From contig NC_058369.1 of the NCBI RefSeq assembly GCF_018350175.1, positions 11,286,001 through 11,350,000 of the forward strand: a DNA stretch of 64,000 nt, given 5' to 3'. Below the pieces are notes generated by a model. That model ran no database searches and was not told where the DNA came from. It saw nothing but the letters and a program-made list of their open reading frames with translations. The translations under genes and the position numbers were made by a program. Shown here in pieces: positions 12,300 to 23,503 of this stretch (positions within the stretch are counted from its first letter, which is position 1; the number at the start of each line of letters is the position of its first letter). Source of the stretch: Felis catus (lineage: Eukaryota).

Positions 12300-13547
12300 C
12301 TACTTGAAAACCCCGCGGCTGCGCGCCAGGCTCCTCCGCAGAGCCACCCGCACCTCCTTGTTGCGCAGGGTGTCCACCACGGGGTTCAGCAGCGGCGTCA
12401 CCACCGTGTAGAGCACAGCCACCAGGCGGTCCTGGTCGGGCTTTCCTCCGGACTCGGGCCGCGGGTAGATGATGGAGGCGCGGCCAAAATGCACAATGAC
12501 CACGGCGAGGTGAGGGTGGAGAAGGCCTTGCGCCGGCCGGCTGCCGAGGGGATGCTCGCGACGGCGGCCGCGATGAAGGCGTAGGACAGCAGGATGAGGA
12601 GGAAGGACACCAGCACCACGAGGATGCTCAGGAAGAAGATGGCCGGTCCCCTGCCGCCGCTGTCGGGGCAGCTGAGCTTCAGGACCGGGGCGATGTCATA
12701 GAAGTGCTCCACGCAGCCGCTGCGGCAGAAGGACGAGGAGAAGATCATGCTGGTCTCAATCAAGGCCACGGAGAACCCGGAGCAGAAAACCAGGCCTCCC
12801 AGGCAGAGGCAAACCGTGGGTCTCATGATCACCGAGGGCCGCAGCAGTTGGCAGATGGCGACCTAGCGGTCATAACCCATCAGGGTGAGGAGGGAGCAGT
12901 GGCTGCATCCCAGGCCCAGGAAGAAGCACATCTGGGCCCAGCAGCCAGGGATGGAGATGGCCTGGCCCTCCAGGAGCTGATGAGCCAGCATGTCGGGGAT
13001 GGTGATGAGCGCGTAGCAGGAGACGGGGACAGCACTGCCAGGAAGCGGCACATGGGAGTGTGAAGGGCCCGATCCGCGGGGATGATGGTGATGATGGTGA
13101 CGTTGCCCCCGGGGGTCACCAGGTATGTGACAAAGAACAGCGCAAAGAGGGTAGTTCTCAGGTGGGGGAGGTGGGAGAAACCCACCAGCACAAACTCGGT
13201 CACCAGCTGAAAGGGTTGTTCTGTGTCCTTCACCTTGACCACCCCTCCTGCTCTTGAGTAACCTCCCGCTCACCTGCCTAACAGGACTCCAACCCTTCCC
13301 CAGCCAATCGGCTGAGGCCACAGCCATTACCTCACCAACTGCCCCTAGGCCCCAATAAAACCTTTGTGCTTTTGAAACTCGCTCTCTCCCCGGTATCTCA
13401 CCGCTGCCTCGGTGCAGGTAGGGGATTGAGCTCGAGCTAGCTCGAGTAAAGGCTCTTTTGCTTCTGCATCGGACTCGGCTCCCTGGCGGTCTTTGGGGAT
13501 CGCGAATTCTGGGCATAACACAGCCAGGTGGCACTTTCCTCCTGCTT
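12300..13547 (-). pseudogene. Olfactory receptor pseudogene, family 10 (OR10B1-like)
   Basis: OR motifs LVTEFVLVGFS, LHTPM, MGYDR*VAIC, KAFST, PLLNP..LRNKEV are spread over several frames. There is an in-frame stop at 12863-12865, frameshifts near 13025 and 12512, an LTR insertion, and no ATG. Confidence 0.93.
13208..13520 (+). mobile_element. Solo ERV1/gammaretrovirus-like LTR
   Basis: TGAAAG...CATAACA termini, 4-bp TSD CAGC (13204-13207 / 13521-13524), CCAAT box, TATA-like AATAAAA (~13354), AGTAAA polyA-like signal (~13445). Confidence 0.88.
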
Positions 13548-13897
13548 CTCGGGAGCCCGAGAGGAGAGGGCAAGAGAAAATAGAATGGGACGATTTGGTA
13601 AGGACCTGCCATGCATCCAGGGCTGAGGGGTAGGAAGGGATCCCTGTTTCACACAAAAGGAAAGAGGCTCAGATATTACGAAACATCACCCAGCTAGCAA
13701 ATGTCACTTCAGTAGACAAGAAAACCACACACGTGGAGGCAACCCAACTGTCAGCCAATGGATGAATGCGTAAAGATGTGGTATAGGGGTGCCCGGCAGG
13801 CTCAGTGGGTGGGTCATGAGACTCTTGATCTTGGGGGCGGACGGAGAGTTCCAGCCCCACGTTTGGTGTAGAGATTACCCTAGAAGAAGAAAAAGAT

Positions 13898-14123
13898 GGG
13901 GCGCCTGGGTGGCGCAGTCGGTTAAGCGTCCGACTTCAGCCAGGTCACGATCTCGCGGTCCGTGAGTTCGAGCCCCGCGTCAGGCTCTGGGCTGATGGCT
14001 GGGAGCCTGGAGCCTGTTTCCGATTCTGTGTCTCCCTCTCTCTCTGCCCCTCCCCCGTTCATGCTCCGTCTCTCTCTGTCCCAAAAATAAATAAACATTG
14101 AAAAAAAAATTAAAAAAAAAAAA
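13898..14123 (+). mobile_element. Young Can-SINE
   Basis: CpGs intact; TSD tagaagaagaaaaaga. Confidence 0.92.
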
Positions 14124-14131
14124 GAAGGGTT

Positions 14132-14313
14132 TAGAAGAAGAAAAAGAAGGAGGAGGAGGAGAAGGAGAAGAAGGAGGAGGAGGGGGAAGGAGGGGGGAGA
14201 TGGGAGGAGGAAGAAGAAAAAGAAGAGGAGAAGGCTGAGGGGTAGAGGGAGGAGGGAGAAGAAGGGGAGGAGGAAGGGAGAAGGGGCAGGAGGGGGGAGG
14301 AGGGGGAGGAGAA
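14132..14313. repeat. GA-rich polypurine low-complexity tract
   Basis: Runs of GGA/GAA. Confidence 0.9.
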
Positions 14314-14788
14314 GTGGTATGTACACACAATGGAATATTAGCCATGGAAAGAAGGCAATCCTGTCATTGGGACAGCATGCATGGACCTTGAGGACATTAT
14401 GCTGAGATGAGTCAGACAGAGAAAGACAAATACAGTGTGATATCACTCATAGCACGATTCTGTAACAGCCTAGCTCTTAAAAAAACAGAGTAAACCGGTC
14501 ACTGCTTAAGAGTCTCTACCAAGAGGGGGACGCCTGGCTGGCTCAGTCAGTGCAGCATGCGACTCTTGATCTCAGGGTCACGAGTTCAAGGCCCATGTTG
14601 GGCATGGAGCCCACTTAAAATAAAAACATGGGACATCTGGGTGGCTCAGATGGTTAAGTGTCCGACTTCGGCTCAGGTCATGATCTCACAGTTTGTGAGT
14701 CTGAGCCCCGCGTTGGGCTCTGTGCTGACAGCTCAGAGCCTGGAGCCTGCTTTGGATTCTGTGTCTCCTTCTCTCTCTGCCCCTCCCT

Positions 14789-14822
<34 letters not shown>

Positions 14823-15438
14823 TTCTCTGTGTGTGTGTCTCTCAAATACAAGTAAGCATTTTCAAAAAATTAAAAAAAAAAAAACATCATGCTGAGTGAT
14901 AGAAGCCAGACACGAAAGCCACATATTTTCTGAGCCCATTGACATGAAATGTCCAACATCGTTGACTCCACATAGACTGGCAGCAGGGAAGTGGCTGCCA
15001 AGGGCACGGGGAGGAGGGGACACGCAGGAACCACCCGAGGGGACGGGATCTCCTCTCTGAGTGATAAAAATGCCCTGGAAAGAGACAGCGGTGATGGCTG
15101 CACAGCTCTGTGACTATGCTAAGTGTCACTGAGTTGTACACTTTAAAATGGCTCATTTTCCATTATGTGGATTTGACCCCAACTTTGAGAGAGACGGCAT
15201 TTCCTTTAAAGCGTCAGATCGGCAAAGATTGGAGAGGAGAGCGAACAGTGTGTGGCAGCCAGCGTCAGCAGCGCCTGGTCCCCACCCCACCTCCACCTGG
15301 CCGCTTGGAGGGACACAGCCCATCTGTAGACACCACAAGTCCTGCCTGGGCTCGACAATTCCACCTGTACGCTCTCCTGGTGAAGAAATGGTCCGACTCA
15401 CATGTACAAACATGTTCGTGGCAGCATTATTGAAATTT

Positions 15439-15495
15439 AAAAAGAAAGAAAGAAAGAAGAAAGGAAACAAAGAAAGAAAGAGAAAGAAAGGAAAG

Positions 15496-15538
<43 letters not shown>

Positions 15539-15569
15539 AGAAAGGAAACAAAGAAAGAAAGAGAAAGGA

Positions 15570-15609
<40 letters not shown>

Positions 15610-15674
15610 AAAAGGAAGGAAGGAAGGAAGGAAGGAAGGAAGGAAGGAAGGAAGGAAGGAAGGAAGGAAGGAAA
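15439..15674. repeat. Compound (GAAA)n/(GAAG)n microsatellite
   Basis: Read directly. Confidence 0.95.
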
Positions 15675-15811
15675 CAGCTTCTGGAACACCCAGTCCCTCC
15701 GGAATGGAATGTTCCCCTTCCTTTATTTTCAGATCTCGCCTCTAGGGCTGGGGATGAGCCAGGGTGGCTTCACCATGGTGGCAAAGGTCCCACATTGTCA
15801 CTTGAAAGAAA

Positions 15812-16038
15812 TTTTAAATTTTTTTTAATGTTTATTTACTTTTGAGGGAGAGAGAGAGACAGAGCACGAGCAGCGGAGGGGCAGAGAGAGGGGAGGGGAC
15901 ACAGAATCTGAAACAGGTTCCAGGCTCCAAGCTGTCAGCACAGAGCCCGATGCGGGGCTTGAACCCACGAACCGCGAGATCTGAGATCATGACCCGAGCT
16001 GAAGTCGGACCCTCAACCGACTGAGCCACCCAAGCGCC
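15812..16038 (-). mobile_element. Can-SINE
   Basis: TSD tcacttgaaagaa(a)tttt. Confidence 0.9.
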
Positions 16039-18360
16039 GCTCACTTGAAAGAATTTTAAAAATCAGCCCAGAAGATAGGCGAGGGTAAACCAGGTAAAGG
16101 CAACTGCCTGTGCAAAGGCCCTGGGGCTGGACTGTGCCTGGAACAGGAAGATCCAGGAGGAACAGAGAGAGAGAGAGGGAGCAAGAGGGAAAAAGGAGGT
16201 GAGGCCACAGGGGGGACAGGGGCATGTTGCTACATGTTTGTTGGGTCACAGGGAGGACTTGAGCTTTTATGCCCATGGCTGTGGGACCCATGGAGGATTA
16301 GGTACAGGTGGGGGGACGTGACCTGACTCAGCCACTGAGGGAGAACAGGGTGTAGGGGACACAGGTGAACATTGGGGACCAAGGAGGAGGTGGCCGAGCC
16401 GGTCCAGGTGAGGGATGATGGGGGCCGGACCAGGGCAAAGGCCAAGGAGGTGGTGAGAGTAGCCACGTGGAGCCCACTGGATTTCCTGACGGGTTGGCCA
16501 CGGGTGTGAACGAAAGAGCAGACTATGGGAGCTGACAGAGCGGCATCGGAAGGGCAGGGTGACACGGGTCCAGCCAGGGGGTCTGAGGGGACTCTGTCAT
16601 CTCCGGAAATGCTGGGGACACACGCGCTGAGCATGGACAACTCAGACAGGCAGAGGGCCCCTCTCCTTCTGCCCCAGCCCCCAGCCCCCGCCCCGGAGAG
16701 AGGGAAGAAGAAAGAGGGAGACCTAGAATGTGGCCGAAACTTAACCCTGCAGCCACTGAGGAGCCCTGACTTTTTGCCTCAACGTGTCCAAATGCCACTG
16801 TCCAGCTGTGACAGGCGAGAGCGCTTAATCAAACCATGCCAGGTTACAGGACAAGAGAGTGCCCTGTCTGCACCCTGGGGACCTGTGAACATTGCGGCCA
16901 CGGGGAGATCCCCGGGCCAGCTGCTTCTCGGGGACAGAGTGAGCAGGAGCCAGCGGGCTGTGAGGTCTGCGGCTCCGCCCAGGGCCACGTCACGGGAAGG
17001 TTCTAGAGTCGTCGTACCCTTTCCTCTCCCTGCTCTCTGGGAACCCTCTCGCACAGGAGCCCCTTCCCCGCCACCTCCCAGCCCCCACTGCCATATGAGT
17101 GTGTGTGCGTTTGTGCCCCTGAAACTCCAGGGAACACGTGTGTGCACGTGCGAGGGATGCGTGCAGGTGTTCAGAGCGCGGCTGAGCACGTCCAGCTCCC
17201 ACGGTCTGCGGGCACCCCTGCGCGGACCAGGCGCTGTGTGCAGGTGAGCGTCTGTGGCTTTGTAGGGTTCTCCTGGAGGCTCCCCCAAACGTCCCTCCCT
17301 CCCCCCACCCCCGGGGGCAGATGTCGTATTCTCCTCCGCTCTACGTTTTGTCATCCACAGAACACAGAACTGGACGCCTGTCGGGCAAATGCCATCCCCA
17401 TCTGTCACCGTTGGCTGTTTTCAGGTTCACAGTCGCTCTGGCATTTCTCTCCCCCCCCCCACTCGCCCCGCATCATTTTCAGGCTCCACCCCCAGGGCCA
17501 GGGATGGGCCACAGCGGCTTCTCCAGCTTTGCAAAGTCTCTGAACCCACACTCACCATGGCCGAGGGAGCGTCCCATGCAGGGTGCCCGCATCATCCTCG
17601 CTCCCTGCTCACAGCCTAAGAAGGGAGGGGCTGAGGACCCGGGTTCTATTTGCAGGAGGGGTCTCTGGAGCTCCTGTCCCAGGGGCTCCCCAGCCACTAA
17701 CAAGCCCCCCCCCCCCCCGCCCCCAGGGCTCAGGCTGGTGGCTCCCTGCGGATTTGCTCCCTCCTGGCAACTAGAGACCCCAGGGCCTGCTTCCCCAGCC
17801 CTCCCCCCACCCCCAGGCTTTGATGGCAAAAAGTGGGGGAAGAACTAGTTATGATTGATTTGTATGGGTGGAGATCACACATGCACTTGTCACTCGAGCA
17901 GCGCTCCCCGGAGCCCATCAGCCCCCGCCGTGGGCTGGGCAAGGCTGCTGCCCTGAGGAAGACGCACGTGCACGTGCACGCGCACGCACATGCTCTGCCC
18001 CCAGGGCAAGCTGGAGGGAGTGGATACCTTGATGTTCTACAAATGTTGCCCAGGCTGAACTCAGAGTGACCCCAGCCCTCTCGACCCCTCTCCCTGCTCT
18101 CCCCAGAATTAAGAAGTTGTCAGATGTCCTCTATTCTTTCTCCTTCCCTGCCCCCCCCAGCCCCCCCCCCCCCCCCGCCAGGGCATCCTTCTCATCCGGC
18201 AGAAGCCTACAGCATCACCTCCCTCCCGTCCATCCTTTGTACTGGACACCAGGACAGAAGGCTCTGGCCGTGGCCCCTCTCTACTCAGAGACCTCCCTGG
18301 CTCCCCCTTGCCCCCAGAGTGAAGTTTCAAATTCCCCATGTTCACGTTCAAGACCCTTGT

Positions 18361-18580
18361 GGGGCGCCTGGGTGGCGCAGTCGGTTAAGCGTCCGACTTC
18401 AGCTCAGGTCACGATCTCGCGGTCCGTGAGTTCGAGCCCCACGTCAGTCTCTGGGCTGATGGCTCAGAGCCTGGAGCCTGTTTCCGATTCTGTGTCTCCC
18501 TCTCTCTCTGTCCCTCCCCCGTTCATGCTCTGTCTCTCTCTGTCCCAAAAATAAATAAACGTTGAAAAAAAAAAAAAAAA
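18361..18580 (+). mobile_element. Can-SINE
   Basis: TSD-like acccttgtg on both sides. Confidence 0.9.
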
Positions 18581-19209
18581 CCCTTGTGATCTGACCCCTG
18601 CTACCTTCTCTAGTTCCCAATTCACCCACTGTTCATGCACACGGATGCACGTGCATTTATTCAATTAATAATAAGGAAGTGAGGTACAGACCCAGCCGTT
18701 CCAACTTACTGACCCTTCCTCCGAGATTTCCAGGCAGTTTCCCATTATTTTGCCCCTCCCCAGGCTATTCTCTCAGGAATTTCTTTTCCCCTCCTCCTAG
18801 CCTCCAGGCAAACTCCTACTCCTCCTGAAAGACACAGCTCTCCATCACCTCCTCTAGGAAGCCCTCCCTGATCACTCCAAGCTAGTCACCTGCTGCATCC
18901 GTACTCCCACACAGCCTGGGTTTCCTCTTCACACTGCCTGTGTCCTTGTGTGTCTTCCCCTAGCCTCTGAGCTCCCTGGAACTGTCCCCATCCTACTCCA
19001 CCTTCTAGAAGCTTCAGACCCAGATGAGGAAGTCCCTCCTTGCCATGGCCGCCTCCCTTGCTTTCCATGGCATCTGCTTTTTCTCTACCTCTGTGAGCCA
19101 CCCTTTCTCAGACTCTTCCTCTCCCACACAGCTCCTAAAATTAGAACACCCTGAGTTCAGTCCTAGACCCGCTTCTGTCTCCCTAGCTGAGAGATTTGTC
19201 TTTTTCATT

Positions 19210-19558
19210 TTCCCCCAACTTTACTGAGATCTGACATATAACGTTGTCTATGTTTACGGTGTACAACTTGCTGATTTGATACACTTATATATCGCAAAAT
19301 GATTACCACCAAAGTGTTAGCCAACACCTCCATCCCATCATGTAATTACCACTTTTTCATGTTCATTTAATTTTGAGGGAGGGAGAGGGAGCACAGGCCG
19401 GTAGCAGGGGAGGGGCAGAGAGAGGGAGACAGGGGGTCCGAAGCAGGCTCTGCACTGAGTGGAGAGCCCGATGCCGGGCTGGAACCACGAACCACAAGAT
19501 CATGACCTGGGCCAAAGTCGCCACTTACCTGACGGGGCCACCCAGGCGCCCCACCATT

Positions 19559-19597
<39 letters not shown>

Positions 19598-21720
19598 TGG
19601 TGAGACCATGCTAACTACTCTCGTAGTGTCTGTTCAAGTATATGATACAGTATATTGTTAGCTATAATCACATGCTGTGCATTAGCTCCCCAGAACCTGT
19701 TAATCTTATCACTGGAAGTATGCACCCTCTGGCCAACATCTCCCCATTCCCCCCACCCTCCTACCCCTGGTGGCCCCTACTCTATTCTCTGTGTCTCTTT
19801 GGAGTCCACATATGAGTGATATCGTTCAGTATCTGTCTTTCTCTGAGTATGTCACTTGGCATAATGGTTCATCCAAGTTGTCACAGGGGGCTTTCTTTCT
19901 TGTGGCTGAAGAGCATCCCATTGTGTATGAGTGTGTGTGTATGTGGATACACATACATTTTAAATAATGTATATTATATATACAATGTATATACACATAC
20001 ACACACATCTTTATCCATTCATCTATTGACTGACATTTAGGCTGTTTCCATATTTTGTTGTTTTCTTAAAAAACATTTTTTAACATTTATTCACCTTTGA
20101 GACAGCGAAAGACAGAGCATGAGCGGGGGAGGGGCAGAGAGAGAGGGAGACACAGAATCCCAAGCAGGTTCCAGGGTCTGAGCTGTCAGCCCAGAGCCCG
20201 ACGCGGGGCTCACACCTACGAACTGTGAGATCATGACCTGAGCTGAAGTTGGTCGCTTAACCAACTGAGCCACCCAGGTGTCCCTGTTTTATTAATTTTT
20301 TTAATGTCTATTTATTTTTGAGAGAGAAAGCACGCAAGCTGGGGAGGCGCAGAGAGAGAGAGAGAGACAGAGAGGCTCAGAAGCAGGCTTGGTGCAGACA
20401 ACAAAGAGACCGACGCAGGGCTCAAACTCATCAACCATGAAATCATGACCTGAGCCGAAGTCGGATGCTCAACCAACTGAGCCACCCAGGTGTCCCTACA
20501 GTATGTTATTTTTAAAAATTAAAAAAAAATTTTTTTAAGTGGGAAAAGACTTGAACACACACTTCACTGAAGATGATGAATCTTCGGGCGCCTGGGTGGC
20601 TCTGTTGGTTAAGCGTCCGACTTCGGCTCGGGTCATGATCTCACAGTTCATGAGTTCAAGACCCGCATCGGGCTCTGTGCTGACAGCCTGGAGCCTGGAA
20701 CCTGCTTCGGATTCTGTCTCCCTCTCTCTCTGCCCCTCCCCCACTCGCTCTCTGTCGCTCTCAAAAATAAATAAGCATTGGGGGTGGGAGGGAGGGGAAA
20801 GTGGGTGATGGGCATGGAGGAGGGCACCTGTTGGGATGAGCACTGGGTGTTGTATGGAAACCAACTTGACAATACATTTCATATTTAAAAAAAAATTGTT
20901 TCAATTAAGAAAAAAATTTAAAAATTTTTTAAAATAAAATTCAAATAAATGAATAAACATTGAACACATTTTAAAAACATGATGAATCTTCAATGAGCAC
21001 ATCAAGAAATGCACTCATTTTCACATTACACGCCATGAAAAGCACAATGAAATACCACTGTATCACCGGAATAGCTGACACCAAAGAGTGTGACAATTCC
21101 AAGCGTTAACAAAGACGCGGACATCTGCATAGGTCATACTTTGCCGGTGGGAACACAACACGTACAGCCGCTGGCGAAAACAGCTTGACAGTGTCTTAAA
21201 AAGTTGACAAACACCGTGAAACCTAGCCATCTCACTCCTGAGAAAAATGCCGCAGAGAAATGCACACACATCCATATAATGAACGTTCACGGCAAGTGTA
21301 TTCATGACACCTAAAACCGAAAATTACCGAAATGTCCCTAAGCTGAAAAATTGTAATATATCGGTCACACGCATCACGCATACTGTTGTCGGCAATAAAA
21401 AGGAATACACATAATGATCGACACATCTAATGATATGGATGAATCTCAAAAGCAGTATGTTGAGTTTGGAAAGCCAGATTCAAAAGGCAACGCGCTGCAT
21501 GACCCCATTTGTAGGAAACTCTAGAAAGGCAAAACTGTAGTGACAGCAGGTCCGTGACTGCTAGGGCCAGAGGTGTGGGAGGGGATTAGCACACAGGAGT
21601 GTGAGGAAACATGATTACAGTAGCGGTTTGATGACTGTATGCACTTGTCCAAACTCGTCACGCTTTACACTTAAAATCGATTAGCCTTATTATATGTTAT
21701 GCCTCATAAAGCTGAACAAA
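19210..21720. mobile_element. Cluster of L1 fragments and at least 4 Can-SINEs
   Basis: L1 3'UTR/ORF2 remnants with SINEs at ~19365, 20075, 20295 and 20587. Confidence 0.8.
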
Positions 21721-21768
21721 AATGAATGAATGGACACATGATAGATAGATGATAGCTACATAGATAGA

Positions 21769-21922
21769 TGGGGCGCCTGGGTGGTTCAGTCAGTTAAGTA
21801 TCCAACTTCGGCTCAGGTCATCTCACGGTTCATGAGATCAAGCCCCACATTGGGCTCTGTGCTGACAGCACAGAGCCTGCTTGGGATTCTCTCTCTGCCC
21901 CTCCCCTGCTCTCTCTCTCTCA
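21769..21922 (+). mobile_element. Can-SINE inserted in GATA repeat
   Basis: SINE body flanked by agatagatg on both sides. Confidence 0.85.
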
Positions 21923-22025
21923 AGATAGATGATAGATAGATAGATAGATAGATAGATGATAGATAGATGATAGAAAATAGATGATAGGTAGGTAGATAGA
22001 TGATAGATAGATGATAGGTAGATAG

Positions 22026-22067
<42 letters not shown>

Positions 22068-22076
22068 TAGATAGAT

Positions 22077-22119
<43 letters not shown>

Positions 22120-22187
22120 GATAGATAGATGATAGAAAATAGATGATAGGTAGGTAGATAGATGATAGATAGATGATAGGTAGATAG

Positions 22188-22220
<33 letters not shown>

Positions 22221-22548
22221 GATAGATAGATGATAGAAAATAGATGATAGGTAGGTAGATAGATGATAGATAGATGATAGGTAGATAGATAGATAGATAG
22301 ATGATAGATAGATGATAGAAAATAGATGATAGGTAGGTAGATAGATGATAGATAGATGATAGGTAGATAGATAGATAGATAGATAGATAGATGATAGATA
22401 GATGATAGAAAATAGATGATAGGTAGGTAGATAGATGATAGATAGATGATAGGTAGATAGTAGATAGATAGATAGATAGATAGATAGATGATAGATGATA
22501 GATAGATGATAGGTAGATAGTAGATAGATAGATAGATAATAGATAGAT

Positions 22549-22596
<48 letters not shown>

Positions 22597-22605
22597 TAGA
22601 TAGAT

Positions 22606-22644
<39 letters not shown>

Positions 22645-22716
22645 GATAGATAGATGATAGAAAATAGATGATAGGTAGGTAGATAGATGATAGATAGATA
22701 GATGATAGGTAGATAG

Positions 22717-22749
<33 letters not shown>

Positions 22750-22820
22750 GATAGATAGATGATAGAAAATAGATGATAGGTAGGTAGATAGATGATAGAT
22801 GATAGGTAGATAGTAGATAG

Positions 22821-22860
<40 letters not shown>

Positions 22861-22867
22861 GATAGAT

Positions 22868-22899
<32 letters not shown>

Positions 22900-22919
22900 T
22901 AGATAGACAGTAGATAGAT

Positions 22920-22954
<35 letters not shown>

Positions 22955-23368
22955 GATAGATAGATGATAGAAAATAGATGATAGGTAGGTAGATAGATGA
23001 TAGATAGATGATAGGTAGATAGTAGATAGATAGATAGATAGATAATAGACAGATGATAGATAGATGATAGATAGATAGATAGATAGATAGATAGACAGAT
23101 AGATAGATAATAGATAGATAGTAGATAGATGATAGATAGATAGATAGATGATAGATAGATGATAGATAGATAGATAGATAGATGATAGATAGATGATAGA
23201 AAATAGATGATAGGTAGGTAGATAGATGATAGATAGATGATAGGTAGATAGTAGATAGATAGATAGATAGATGATAGATAGATGATAGAAAATAGATGAT
23301 AGGTAGGTAGATAGATGATAGATAGATGATAGGTAGATAGTAGATAGATAGATAGATAATAGATAGAT

Positions 23369-23408
<40 letters not shown>

Positions 23409-23503
23409 TAGATAGATGATAGATAGATAGATAGATGATAGATAGATAGATAGATAGATAGATGATAGATAGATAATAGATAGATAGTAGATAGATGATA
23501 GAT
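21923..23503. repeat. Complex (GATA)n satellite with higher-order structure
   Basis: ~1.58 kb of GATA/GAT/GGTA units; the marker GAAAATAG occurs 10 times. Confidence 0.97.

Noticed and set aside
12880..13242. Intact olfactory receptor starting MVKVKDTEQ
   Set aside because: The start is a GTG within LTR sequence, and the gene has a stop and frameshifts.
15148..15828. Lys/Glu/Arg-rich 226-aa ORF
   Set aside because: Translation of the GAAA/GAAG microsatellite.
21923..23503. Repeat-spacer pattern resembling a CRISPR array
   Set aside because: The spacers are just variable GATA runs, the DNA is mammalian, and there are no cas genes.
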